Made by a program: the position numbers and the translations under genes
The notes under the pieces: model-generated
The model's database searches: none
The model's input: the letters and a program-made list of their open reading frames with translations, nothing else
What the model was told of the DNA's origin: nothing
In this document: piece by piece, positions 8,748-18,227 of the stretch
How positions within the stretch are numbered: the first letter of the stretch is position 1
Layout of the letters: every line of letters starts with the position of its first letter
NCBI GenBank assembly: GCA_965657915.1
Contig: CBFHPN010000006.1
Location: 3,057 to 67,056, forward strand
Origin: Acholeplasmataceae bacterium
GTDB taxonomy: Bacteria > Bacillota_I > Bacilli_A > Acholeplasmatales > Acholeplasmataceae
Reading direction: 5' to 3'
DNA length: 64,000 nucleotides

Positions 8748-9668
8748 ATGCAAAATCAAGAACACCGTCATTTAGGACACATCCTAAATAACAAAAACAT
8801 GTACATTCTTACAGCGTTTTTAGTAACTTTACTTATTATTTCAGCATTTATTTATAGTTTTTATGTTGTGATATTAGGTCTTGTTGCCGTGGTTGTTGCT
8901 GTAGTAGTAGAGTACTTGTTTTCTTACTTTAGAAAAAAGCCATTTGAAATGACAGGCATTTTTGTAACACCACTTATTTTGACGTTACTGATGCCACCAG
9001 AACTGCCTATATTTATGGTCGCTGTCGGATCATTTTTCTCAGTATTTTTCGGAAAAATGATTTTTGGAGGATTAGGAAAAAATTTATTTAATCCAGCAAT
9101 TGTTGGCTATTTATTCTTAATTATTACATTTCCTGTAGAACTTACGACGCAGTATATTGTTCCTGGAACAGATTTGTTTACATCAGCGACGTTACTTCGT
9201 GATAGAAGTTTTGGTTTATCACTCACCAACATTAGCGATGTTTTACTTGGGGGATATGCCGGAACCATTGGTAATACATTTAAGTTAGGCGTTATCATTT
9301 TAGGATTAGGGTTAGTCGTATTAAAAATCAGTGATTGGCGTATACCATTATCGATATTAGTATCACTTGTTGTGTTCACATTTTTATTCGATGCGATTTA
9401 TCCTGAAAAATTCCATGAAGGGCTCATGTCTATTTTTGTCGGTGGATCATTATTTGCAGCATTCTTTGTCGCAACTGACCCTGTGTCTGCACCGTTTACA
9501 AATTGGGGCAAAGTGATTTATGGTGTTGGAATTGCATTCATTACAGTGATTATTCGAGGACTTGCTGCATTTCCAGAAGGGTTTATTTTTGCAATCATCA
9601 TTATGAATTCAATCGCACCAATGATTGATTCTATGAAATGGGTTCAACCTAAGGAGGTTACAGCATGA
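8748..9668 (+). CDS. nqrB: NqrB/RnfD family membrane subunit (RnfD-like size)
   Basis: ORF track 8736..9668. The second ATG (8748) has better spacing from GGAGG. Polytopic protein. TSATLL aligns with the S/T-x-AT flavin-attachment motif of RnfD/NqrB. Confidence 0.75.
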   Translation: MQNQEHRHLGHILNNKNMYILTAFLVTLLIISAFIYSFYVVILGLVAVVVAVVVEYLFSYFRKKPFEMTGIFVTPLILTLLMPPELPIFMVAVGSFFSVFFGKMIFGGLGKNLFNPAIVGYLFLIITFPVELTTQYIVPGTDLFTSATLLRDRSFGLSLTNISDVLLGGYAGTIGNTFKLGVIILGLGLVVLKISDWRIPLSILVSLVVFTFLFDAIYPEKFHEGLMSIFVGGSLFAAFFVATDPVSAPFTNWGKVIYGVGIAFITVIIRGLAAFPEGFIFAIIIMNSIAPMIDSMKWVQPKEVTA

Positions 9669-10288
9669 AACAATACATTAAAATGTTATCGTTTGTTTTC
9701 ATTATGGGTTTTCTAACCTCAATTGTATTTGTAGGCATGGACGCTTTAACTGCAGAAAGAATTGAAATGAACAAAGATGCAGCGATTTATTCTGCAGTCC
9801 TTACACACAATGACATCACGTATAATTCAGGGAATTTAGCAGAAGTATTTAATGACAATATTACTGTAGAAGAAGTAACTTACAACGGTCAATTGCTCTC
9901 TTTTTACATCAATGAAGTGAATGGGAACGTTTCATTTCTTTATGGTGTATTTTCATTGGGTGGATTATGGGGACCAGTTCGTGGTGTGATCACCTTAGAA
10001 AGTGATTTTCAAACCATTGTAAATGTTACCGTATTAGAAGAGCAAGAAACACCAGGTCTTGGTGGAAAAGTTAAAAATAGAGAATTTTTAGATCAATTCA
10101 TAGGGTTACAACTACTTCCAGAACTTGAAAGACCTGTTGAAGTGAATAAAGACGCAGCAGCAAATAAAGCAAATGAAGTTGATGAAATTTCTGGTGCTAC
10201 TGGAACTTCAACTGCATTTGAAAGATTACTGAATGATAGTTATCAAATTTACCGTGATTTATGGCTTAATCGTGGAGGAGCATCATGA
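9665..10288 (+). CDS. nqrC: NqrC/RnfG family FMN-binding subunit
   Basis: ATGA overlap with the upstream gene. N-terminal anchor helix. DEISGATGTSTAF contains the SGAT covalent-FMN motif. Confidence 0.75.
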   Translation: MKQYIKMLSFVFIMGFLTSIVFVGMDALTAERIEMNKDAAIYSAVLTHNDITYNSGNLAEVFNDNITVEEVTYNGQLLSFYINEVNGNVSFLYGVFSLGGLWGPVRGVITLESDFQTIVNVTVLEEQETPGLGGKVKNREFLDQFIGLQLLPELERPVEVNKDAAANKANEVDEISGATGTSTAFERLLNDSYQIYRDLWLNRGGAS

Positions 10289-10902
10289 AACTGATACGTT
10301 TAAGATATAAAAAATGGTTTAATGTTTTAAGAGATGGATTTAAATCAAATAACCCAGTATTTGTTGCAGTACTTGGGATTTGTAGTTCACTTGCCATTAC
10401 GAATACAGTTGCAAATGCAATCGCGATGGGACTTGGTGTTACATTTGTTGTCATGTTAAGTTCGGCAACAGTGTCACTTTTAAGAAGTTTTATTCCGTCT
10501 AAAGTGAGAATGGTGACATACATGGTCATCATCTCAACCTATACGATTGCCGTTCAAATGTTTTTACAAGCATATTTCCCTGACATATATTCAGCACTTG
10601 GTGCTTATGTAGGATTAATCATTACCAATTGTATTGTCATGGGACGTGCAGAAGCGTTTGCAGTAAAAAACCCGGTAAGATATACACTTGTTGATGGATT
10701 TGCAAGTGGTATGGGATATATGTTTGTGTTAATTTTAGTATCAATTATTAGGGAGCCGCTTGCTTTTGGTACATTGCTAGGATATCAAGTAATGCCTGAA
10801 GGATTTACGCCTTGGGTAACCATGGCAATTGCGCCAGGTGGATTTTTCATTCTTGGTGTCTTCATTTGGATACTTAGAGACTGGGCTAAAACATATGAAT
10901 AA
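10285..10902 (+). CDS. nqrD: NqrD/RnfE family membrane subunit
   Basis: ATGA overlap. Conserved Cys pair (LGICSSLAITN, IITNCIVMGRAEAF) as in NqrD/RnfE. Confidence 0.8.
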   Translation: MKLIRLRYKKWFNVLRDGFKSNNPVFVAVLGICSSLAITNTVANAIAMGLGVTFVVMLSSATVSLLRSFIPSKVRMVTYMVIISTYTIAVQMFLQAYFPDIYSALGAYVGLIITNCIVMGRAEAFAVKNPVRYTLVDGFASGMGYMFVLILVSIIREPLAFGTLLGYQVMPEGFTPWVTMAIAPGGFFILGVFIWILRDWAKTYE

Positions 10903-10913
10903 AGGAGAAAGAC

Positions 10914-11483
10914 ATGTTTGATTTATTATTAGATTCAATACTAAGTAGTAATATTGCACTAACCTTTATTTTGGGGATGTGTCCACTCATTGCGATTTCT
11001 ACAAATGTCAAAAATGCTAGAGGGATGGGAATTGCAGTTGTCTTAGTTGTGACATTAACAGCGATGATCAATTGGCCAATCTTCCAGTTATTAAAAACAA
11101 CAAATACAGAACAAGTAATGTTACTTGCATTCATTATTACAATTGCAGCAACCGTTCAAATCTTAGAAATATTAATGGAAAAATTCTTACCACAACTATA
11201 TAACGCATTTGGTATTTACTTACCACTCATTACTGTGAACTGTGTCGTTCTTGCAGTGTCACAATTCTTTGTGAATAGAGATTATAATTTTGTTGAGACA
11301 ACAACATTTGCGTTTGGTAGTGGTGTTGGTTGGTTACTTGCGATTGTATTAGTTGCTTCACTTAGAGAAAAATTAGCAGTATATGGTGATTTACCTAAAG
11401 GGTTACGAGGAAAAGCAATTGTATTTTTAATTTTAGGAATTTTATCACTCGCATTTATTGGATTTAGAGGATTATCATTCTAA
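10914..11483 (+). CDS. nqrE: NqrE/RnfA family membrane subunit
   Basis: Conserved Cys pair (ILGMCPLIAIS, ITVNCVVLAVS). 189 aa with 6 TM segments. Confidence 0.8.
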   Translation: MFDLLLDSILSSNIALTFILGMCPLIAISTNVKNARGMGIAVVLVVTLTAMINWPIFQLLKTTNTEQVMLLAFIITIAATVQILEILMEKFLPQLYNAFGIYLPLITVNCVVLAVSQFFVNRDYNFVETTTFAFGSGVGWLLAIVLVASLREKLAVYGDLPKGLRGKAIVFLILGILSLAFIGFRGLSF

Positions 11484-11505
11484 TGCTTAAGGAGGAAAAC
11501 AACAT

Positions 11506-12588
11506 ATGAATTTATTTTTCCCGGTTGTCATTATTGGTGTACTGACTGTCATTACTTTAATCTTAATCGTCTTAGACAAAGTGATGGGCGGAAGTAGCGA
11601 GAAAATGATCACCATTAATAACGATACTCAAATCGCTGTGTATGGAGATGATACTGTTCTTTCCACACTTGCGAGCAATAAAATATTCATTCCATCTGCA
11701 TGTGGTGGTAAAGCGACATGTGGCTTTTGTAAGTTTAGACTCATTGATAATGCTCCAGACGTAAAACCAACTGAAGAACCATTTTTATCTAAAGAAGAAA
11801 GAGATCATGGTGTTCGTTTATCTTGTCAAGTCAAAGTTAAAGAATCACTTAACATCGAACTTCCATCATCACTTTTAACTGCAAAAGAATATCAAACAGT
11901 TGTTTCTCACGTTGAAGATTTAACCTATGATATTAAGCTTGTTCGTTTTGAAATGATAGAGCCTAAAACTGTTGATTTTAAACCAGGTCAATATATGCAA
12001 ATTAAAGTACCTGGTATTGATATCATCCGTGCGTATTCACTAGCATCTAATGCGAGTGAAAAAAACTATGTTGAGATGCTTATTCGCTATGTGCCAAATG
12101 GTGCAGCAACAACATTTGTTCATAAAGCTTTAGAAGAGCAAGATAAAATCATTTTAACCGGACCTTATGGAGACTTCTTCTTACAAGAAAAATCAGAACG
12201 TCCAATTGTATGTATCGCAGGTGGCTCAGGAAAAGCGCCAATTCGTTCGATCTTATTTAGATTAAAAGAACTCGGTATGACAAGAAAAGTCAAATATTTC
12301 TTTGGCGCACGTGCTGTAAGAGACTTGTATTATACTGAAGAACTCATGCAACTTCAAAAAGAATTCCCAAACTTTGAATACATTCCAGCGTTATCAGAAC
12401 CACTTGAAGAAGATAACTGGCAAGGTGCAACAGGTCTTATTACAGATGTATTAGACCGTATGACAGGTGATTTAAAAGATCACGAAGCGTATTTATGTGG
12501 ATCACCAGGAATGATTGATGCATGTATTAAAGTCTTAAATAAGCATGACATTCAAAAAGAAAATGTCTACTACGACAAATTCTCATAA
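11506..12588 (+). CDS. nqrF: NqrF-type subunit: TM anchor, 2Fe-2S ferredoxin domain and FAD/NADH-binding reductase
   Basis: N-terminal helix; SACGGKATCGFCKF..LSCQV (Cx4CxxC...C); RAYSLAS (RxYS FAD motif); IAGGSGKAP; ALSEPLEEDNWQGATGLI, close to the V. cholerae NqrF ALSDPQPEDNWTGYTGFI as I recall it. Confidence 0.8.
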   Translation: MNLFFPVVIIGVLTVITLILIVLDKVMGGSSEKMITINNDTQIAVYGDDTVLSTLASNKIFIPSACGGKATCGFCKFRLIDNAPDVKPTEEPFLSKEERDHGVRLSCQVKVKESLNIELPSSLLTAKEYQTVVSHVEDLTYDIKLVRFEMIEPKTVDFKPGQYMQIKVPGIDIIRAYSLASNASEKNYVEMLIRYVPNGAATTFVHKALEEQDKIILTGPYGDFFLQEKSERPIVCIAGGSGKAPIRSILFRLKELGMTRKVKYFFGARAVRDLYYTEELMQLQKEFPNFEYIPALSEPLEEDNWQGATGLITDVLDRMTGDLKDHEAYLCGSPGMIDACIKVLNKHDIQKENVYYDKFS

Positions 12589-12615
12589 TATTTACTAAAA
12601 ACATATAAAAACACA

Positions 12616-12624
12616 TGTTATAAT
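12616..12624 (+). promoter_or_regulatory. extended -10 (TGTTATAAT) for the ABC-2/ALDH operon, placed just upstream of the nqrF terminator hairpin
   Basis: Exact TGnTATAAT. The predicted start site falls in or after the left arm of the 12626..12648 hairpin. Confidence 0.4.
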
Positions 12625-12625
12625 G

Positions 12626-12648
12626 AAACCGGGGAACCGGTTTTTTTA
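12626..12648 (+). terminator. intrinsic terminator after nqrF
   Basis: aaccgg-ggaa-ccggtt followed by T7. Confidence 0.65.
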
Positions 12649-12662
12649 TTTGGGAAGGTTAT

Positions 12663-13568
12663 ATGATTGTAATAGAAAAATTAAAAAAATCTTATGGACT
12701 GATTGATGCAGTTAAAAACATCTCTTTTCAAGTAGAAAAAGGTAGTTTTTTTGCATTTTTAGGACCCAATGGTGCAGGGAAGTCAACAACCATCAATATA
12801 CTATGTACCTTACTTGAAAAAAACAGTGGGAATATTCAAATAGGAAAGTATGAATTAGGTAAAGAAGATGATCACATTCGAAAGCTTATTGGTGTTGTCT
12901 TTCAACAGTATATGTTAGATAGAAAATTAACGATTAGACAAAACTTGATGATTAGAGGATCTTTTTATCATTTAAGTAAGGACGAGATACAAAAAAGAAT
13001 TCATAATCTTCAACTATTACTAAATATTGATTATCTTGATCAGGCATATGGAACATTATCGGGTGGCCAAAAAAGACGTGCTGATATTGCTCGAGCACTC
13101 ATTCATGAACCACAAATTTTAATTTTAGATGAACCCACAACTGGATTAGATCCTAAAACAAGAAAAGATGTGTGGGAAGTGATTGACACATTAAGAAAAA
13201 AGAAGATGACGATTTTTTTAACAACGCATTATATGGAAGAAGCTGCAAACGCGGATAAAATTGTGATTATCAACAAAGGAGAAATTGTTGCTGAAGGATC
13301 TCCTGATCAACTAAAGAAAGCGTATGCTAAAGATACACTTAGACTTGCAGGTAACATAGAGGCAATGATCAATTATTGTGTTGAAAACGGCCTTATATTT
13401 GAACAAAAAAATGATGTTATTTATATTGAAACATCAAGTTTACATGCGATAAACATCATTCAAGATTTAAAAGAACTGATGACCGGATTTGAAATGATTC
13501 AAGCAACATTAGATGATGTCTTTTTAGATATCATCAATAAAGGTGATGAAGATGAACGTCATCTATAA
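12663..13568 (+). CDS. ABC transporter ATP-binding protein (ABC-2/DrrA-like exporter type)
   Basis: GPNGAGKST, LSGGQKRRADIARAL, ILILDEPTTGLD. Confidence 0.9.
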   Translation: MIVIEKLKKSYGLIDAVKNISFQVEKGSFFAFLGPNGAGKSTTINILCTLLEKNSGNIQIGKYELGKEDDHIRKLIGVVFQQYMLDRKLTIRQNLMIRGSFYHLSKDEIQKRIHNLQLLLNIDYLDQAYGTLSGGQKRRADIARALIHEPQILILDEPTTGLDPKTRKDVWEVIDTLRKKKMTIFLTTHYMEEAANADKIVIINKGEIVAEGSPDQLKKAYAKDTLRLAGNIEAMINYCVENGLIFEQKNDVIYIETSSLHAINIIQDLKELMTGFEMIQATLDDVFLDIINKGDEDERHL

Positions 13569-14433
13569 TTTAGTAAAAAGAAATATGATCAATTACTTCT
13601 ATGATAAAACATCAATCTTTTTTAGTATGTTAAGTGTCTTTCTACTTATTCTTGTTTATGTCTTATTTTTAGGTCAACTTCAAGTGAATACTGTCATTGA
13701 AGAAGTCGGTGATATTGATGGAATCAGTGGACTTATTAATAGTTGGTTGGTTGCTGGTCTAATCGTTACCTCTTCAGTCACGGTTCCTATGGCGACCATG
13801 AGTGACATTGTTACAGATAGAGAAAACAAGGTCTTCCAAGATTTTTATATTGCACCAATCAAACGATCAGCGATCGTCTTTGCATATCTTATCTCGTCAG
13901 TAATTATTGGTGTGATGATGGCAACACTTACTTTCTTATTAGGTATGATTTACGTTGGGATCAGCTCAGGTATTTGGATTTCTGTATTTTCTATATTTCA
14001 GATGTTTATCGTCATTATCTTATCATCAACGTTATTTGCAAGTTTAAGTTTTGTTGTCTTATCTTTTGTTAAAACAACATCAGCTGCAGGCACGATTAAT
14101 ACATTAATCGGAACGATGATTGGTTTTTTTGCAGGGATTTATGTTCCATTTGGTGCTTTTAATAGTGCGTTATTACGTCAAATATTGGAAGTCAATCCAG
14201 CAGCTCAAGTGGTCACATTATTACGATCCATTATGATGACACCTTATTTAGAGATTGTATTTGAAGGTGCACCAGTATCAAGTTTAGAGGGATATAAAGA
14301 AGCGTATGGTGTCACAACCACATTTTTCGGTAATTCTATTTCAGGAGTTACCATTGGACTTTTCATCATTGGATGGATTATAATTTTCATAACGATAGGA
14401 ATTACTAGACTTAAAGCATATAAGGAGATTTAA
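13552..14433 (+). CDS. ABC-2 type transporter permease
   Basis: ORF track 13543..14433. GTG 13543, ATG 13546 and ATG 13552 are all possible starts; 13552 has the best spacing from AAAGGTGA. 6-TM permease overlapping the ATPase gene. Confidence 0.75.
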   Translation: MNVIYNLVKRNMINYFYDKTSIFFSMLSVFLLILVYVLFLGQLQVNTVIEEVGDIDGISGLINSWLVAGLIVTSSVTVPMATMSDIVTDRENKVFQDFYIAPIKRSAIVFAYLISSVIIGVMMATLTFLLGMIYVGISSGIWISVFSIFQMFIVIILSSTLFASLSFVVLSFVKTTSAAGTINTLIGTMIGFFAGIYVPFGAFNSALLRQILEVNPAAQVVTLLRSIMMTPYLEIVFEGAPVSSLEGYKEAYGVTTTFFGNSISGVTIGLFIIGWIIIFITIGITRLKAYKEI

Positions 14434-15779
14434 TGGACGTAATATTTAAAGCTCAGCGCTCTTTTTATCTGACGCAAGTAACAAAATCTTTTGAATTTAG
14501 ATATCAACAACTCGATAAATTAAAAAGTGCTGTCAAACAAAATCAAGATGATATTATTAAAGCACTTTATAAAGACTTACATAAATCAACGTTTGAGGCA
14601 TATGTAACTGAAATTGGATATATTTTAAAATCGATTACTTTTTTTCAAAAACATTTAAAGTCATGGATGAAAATAAAGAAGGTTAAAACACCTTCTTTTC
14701 AACTATTCACAACATCATACATACAGCCAGAACCCAAAGGACAAGTCTTAATTATTGGCCCATATAATTATCCATTTCAACTTGTTATTGAACCATTAAT
14801 AGGTGCAATCGCTGCAGGTAATACCGTGATGATCAAGCCAAGTGAATTTACACCAAATGTCGCAAATATCATTGAGAAAATCATCAAGGAAACATTTGAT
14901 GAAAATTATATTAAAGTCATTCAAGGTGGCATTGAAGTCAATCAAGCACTTCTAGAATTACCGTTTAATCATATCTTTTTTACAGGATCAACCAACGTTG
15001 GCCAAATCATCTATGAAAAAGCTGCAAAAAAACTAATCCCTGTGACATTAGAACTTGGAGGAAAAAGTCCTACGATTGTCGATGAAACAGCGCATCTTAA
15101 AGTAACAGCGCGACGCATTATTTATGGTAAGTTTTTAAATGCTGGTCAAACGTGTATCGCACCAGATTATATCTATGTTCAAAAGTCCATTCAAAAAGCA
15201 TTTGAAAATGTCTTACTCGAGACATTATCAGAATTTTATCCTGATTATGAATCAATGACACATGTTGTATCTGATCAACATGTGGAAAGATTAAAAAAAT
15301 TAATCGATAAGAAAAAAGTGATTCATGGAGGAAACATTACAGATAGACATATTGAACCAATCATCATGAGCAATGTTACGTGGGAAGATAACGTGATGCA
15401 AAATGAGATTTTCGGTCCTATTTTACCAATTTTAACATTTGAAACATTAGAAGAAGTGATCCAAATATTACATGAAAAAGATCAACCACTCGCCTTGTAT
15501 ATGTTTTCTACCAATAAGAAAAACATCAAACGTATCTTCAGTGAAATCTCTTTTGGAAATGGCGCGATAAACGATACCATTATGCAAGTCGTTAATCCAC
15601 ATATTCCATTTGGAGGTATTGGCTCAAGTGGTATTGGTCAATACCATGGAAAAGCTTCATTCGAAGTGTTTTCACACATGAAATCATATGTCAATCATTC
15701 AGTAAAAATTGATCCACCGATTGCGTATCCACCCTATACAAAGAAAAAAGAGAAACTCATTAAAAAAATACTAAAATAA
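14433..15779 (+). CDS. aldehyde dehydrogenase, class 3-like (NAD(P)+)
   Basis: TAATG overlap with the permease gene. ELGGKSP (catalytic Glu) and NAGQTCIAPDY (catalytic Cys). 448 aa. Confidence 0.85.
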   Translation: MDVIFKAQRSFYLTQVTKSFEFRYQQLDKLKSAVKQNQDDIIKALYKDLHKSTFEAYVTEIGYILKSITFFQKHLKSWMKIKKVKTPSFQLFTTSYIQPEPKGQVLIIGPYNYPFQLVIEPLIGAIAAGNTVMIKPSEFTPNVANIIEKIIKETFDENYIKVIQGGIEVNQALLELPFNHIFFTGSTNVGQIIYEKAAKKLIPVTLELGGKSPTIVDETAHLKVTARRIIYGKFLNAGQTCIAPDYIYVQKSIQKAFENVLLETLSEFYPDYESMTHVVSDQHVERLKKLIDKKKVIHGGNITDRHIEPIIMSNVTWEDNVMQNEIFGPILPILTFETLEEVIQILHEKDQPLALYMFSTNKKNIKRIFSEISFGNGAINDTIMQVVNPHIPFGGIGSSGIGQYHGKASFEVFSHMKSYVNHSVKIDPPIAYPPYTKKKEKLIKKILK

Positions 15780-15811
15780 AAGATGCACATCGTAATGTGC
15801 ATCTTTTTTTA
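15775..15811. terminator. bidirectional intrinsic terminator
   Basis: agatgcacat-cgta-atgtgcatct flanked by A- and T-runs, between the convergent ALDH and ldh genes. Confidence 0.8.
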
Positions 15812-16741
15812 TGTTAGATGAATATGTGCTTCTTTTAATATTGTCGCAGATTTTTTAAGTAATACTTTTTCTTCATCATTGAGCTTAAGTTTAACAATAT
15901 GATGGATACCGTCTTTGTTGACGACTGCTGGAAGTCCGATAAAAACTTTGTCACAATCATATTCGTCTTCATTGAGTACAGATAGTGGGAGAATCGCATT
16001 TTCATTATTAAGTATTGCAACAACAATTCTATTGAGTGCCATGCCAATACCATAATAGGTAGCTTGTTTCCTTGAAATGATTTCATAAGCTGCATGTCTC
16101 ACATCATCTTCAATAATCTTTAAATCTTCAAATTTCAAAGTATCGATGGTTTCAATGACATCGCCAATTGGTTTTGATCCAACATTCGCATTTGACCAGC
16201 TTACAAATTCACTATCACCGTGTTCACCTAAAATGTACGCATGAACATTTCTTACGTCAATATGAATCCGTTTGGCGATTTCATAACGAAGTCTTGCGGT
16301 ATCAAGAGAAGTTCCACTACCGATGACTTTTGATTTAGGTAAACCAGATGCTTCATAAACCACATACGTTAAAATATCAACTGGATTGGTTGCAACTAAG
16401 AAAATCCCGTTAAAACCAGAGGCCATCACCTCTTTGACAACGGATTTCATAATCGCTGCATTGCGTTTTAATAAATCAAGTCTTGTTTCACCAGGTTTTT
16501 GATTGACACCTGCAGTGATGACAACGATATCTGCATCTTTACAGTCACGATATTCTCCTGCATAAATATCCATTTTTCTAGGCGCAAATACCAAACCATG
16601 ATTTAAATCCATGGCTTCTCCGACTGCCTTTTCTTTATTGACATCAATTAAGACAAGCGTTTCAAAGGTGCCTTTATTGAGTGCACTATAGGCAAAACTC
16701 ATCCCGACAAATCCTGTTCCTATTAAGACAACTTTACTCAT
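15809..16741 (-). CDS. ldh: L-lactate dehydrogenase
   Basis: VLIGTGFVGMS Rossmann motif; NQKPGETRLDL (Gln, lactate-specific position); GEHGDSE. Confidence 0.9.
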   Translation of the reverse strand: MSKVVLIGTGFVGMSFAYSALNKGTFETLVLIDVNKEKAVGEAMDLNHGLVFAPRKMDIYAGEYRDCKDADIVVITAGVNQKPGETRLDLLKRNAAIMKSVVKEVMASGFNGIFLVATNPVDILTYVVYEASGLPKSKVIGSGTSLDTARLRYEIAKRIHIDVRNVHAYILGEHGDSEFVSWSNANVGSKPIGDVIETIDTLKFEDLKIIEDDVRHAAYEIISRKQATYYGIGMALNRIVVAILNNENAILPLSVLNEDEYDCDKVFIGLPAVVNKDGIHHIVKLKLNDEEKVLLKKSATILKEAHIHLT

Positions 16742-18219
16742 TTTAAACTCCTCAAGACATGTTTTTCTACTTGCTGACCAGATAATACAACCATTGGCAT
16801 ACCACCGCCAGGATTCGTTGAGCCTCCTACAAAAAATAAGTTATTATAAAACGTAGAGGTTTTAGGAACTTTAAACCCTAAATTCATCTTACGATTCGCC
16901 TCAACACCGTATATCGAACCCTGATTCGAATAATATTTTTGTTGAATGATTTCAGGCGTCCATAATTCTTTAGAAACAATGTGCTTTCTTAAATCGGTAA
17001 GACCCATACGCTCTAATTTTGTTAGGACAGCTTCTTCAAACTGATCATATTCTTCTTTCGTGAAGGCTTGATCGCCATTCATGACAGAAATATGAGGTAA
17101 GATTTTAATAATTTCATGACCTTCAGGACCTTGAGATGGGTCTGTTTTCATTGGTGCGACTAAATAAATGGTTGGATCACCTGAAAGTTTATGTTTTTTA
17201 AAGATGTTTTCAAAGTTTTGTTTTAAATCTTCAGAAAAGAAGAAGTTGTGGTGTGCGAGTTGAGGATACTGTTTATCAACACCTAGATGTAAAGCAAATC
17301 CTGAACATGCTGGACCATATTTTTTCTTTAAAGAGGATAGTTTTTGATCGGATTCTTTCGTAATTTTTTCATAAAAAGGAATAGCTTCCATGTTGGATAC
17401 AACGGCATCTACTTTTAAGGTTGAACCATCACTTAATGTCACAGAAACAATTTTTCCTTTTTGTTTATCAACATGTAACACTTCAGTATTCGTTTTCACA
17501 GTAATGTTGAGTTCTGACATCAGTTTTTGCATGCCAATAGAGGCTTGATACATACCACCCTCTACATACCATAATCCAAATTTCCACTGGATATAAGGAA
17601 GTAAATTCATGACTGCTGGTGCGTCATAAGGGTTCGATCCAACGTATTTAATAAAATAGTTCATAATATCGACTAAATAAGGGTTCGAAATATATTTTCT
17701 TATCCCTTCATCCATAGTTCTAAAATAATCACTATCTTTAAATATTTTTAAAGGGTTATAATACTTTAAAGTTTGAAGAATCGTTTCTGCTTGGTTTTTA
17801 AATAAAATATCATTGGTAAAATCATATAATTTTTCAGTATATTTGTAAAAAGCTTGTAGTTCTTGATAATCTTTTTCAGAAATATTATCTAACTCTTTCA
17901 TGCCTTCCAAGGTATCTGTTAAATCTATAACATTCCCATCTTCAAAAAAGTTTCTCCAATGTGGAGCTACTGAAACAAGTTTAAAGTAATCCTCTCTTTT
18001 TTTACCGTGCATTTCAAATAATGCATCAAAATATTGAGGCATTGTAAAGATAGAAGGTCCTAAATCAAAAGAAAACCCGTCTTGTTCAAGCACGTTTAAT
18101 TTTCCACCTAAATGTGGATTTTTTTCAATCAATGTAATATGAAAATCTTTATGTTTTGCAAGTGTAATTGCGGCACTCATCCCGCCTAATCCACCACCAA
18201 TGATGACAATTTCTTTCAT
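16738..18219 (-). CDS. crtP: phytoene-desaturase-family oxidase, CrtP-like (4,4'-diaponeurosporene oxygenase type)
   Basis: IIGGGLGGMSAA FAD motif. YFIKYVGSNPYDAPAV, GLWYVEGG, YPQLAHHNFFF, MGLTDLRKHI and GGGMPMVVLSGQQV closely track S. aureus CrtP as I recall it. Confidence 0.7.
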   Translation of the reverse strand: MKEIVIIGGGLGGMSAAITLAKHKDFHITLIEKNPHLGGKLNVLEQDGFSFDLGPSIFTMPQYFDALFEMHGKKREDYFKLVSVAPHWRNFFEDGNVIDLTDTLEGMKELDNISEKDYQELQAFYKYTEKLYDFTNDILFKNQAETILQTLKYYNPLKIFKDSDYFRTMDEGIRKYISNPYLVDIMNYFIKYVGSNPYDAPAVMNLLPYIQWKFGLWYVEGGMYQASIGMQKLMSELNITVKTNTEVLHVDKQKGKIVSVTLSDGSTLKVDAVVSNMEAIPFYEKITKESDQKLSSLKKKYGPACSGFALHLGVDKQYPQLAHHNFFFSEDLKQNFENIFKKHKLSGDPTIYLVAPMKTDPSQGPEGHEIIKILPHISVMNGDQAFTKEEYDQFEEAVLTKLERMGLTDLRKHIVSKELWTPEIIQQKYYSNQGSIYGVEANRKMNLGFKVPKTSTFYNNLFFVGGSTNPGGGMPMVVLSGQQVEKHVLRSLK

Positions 18220-18227
18220 GCTTCCTC

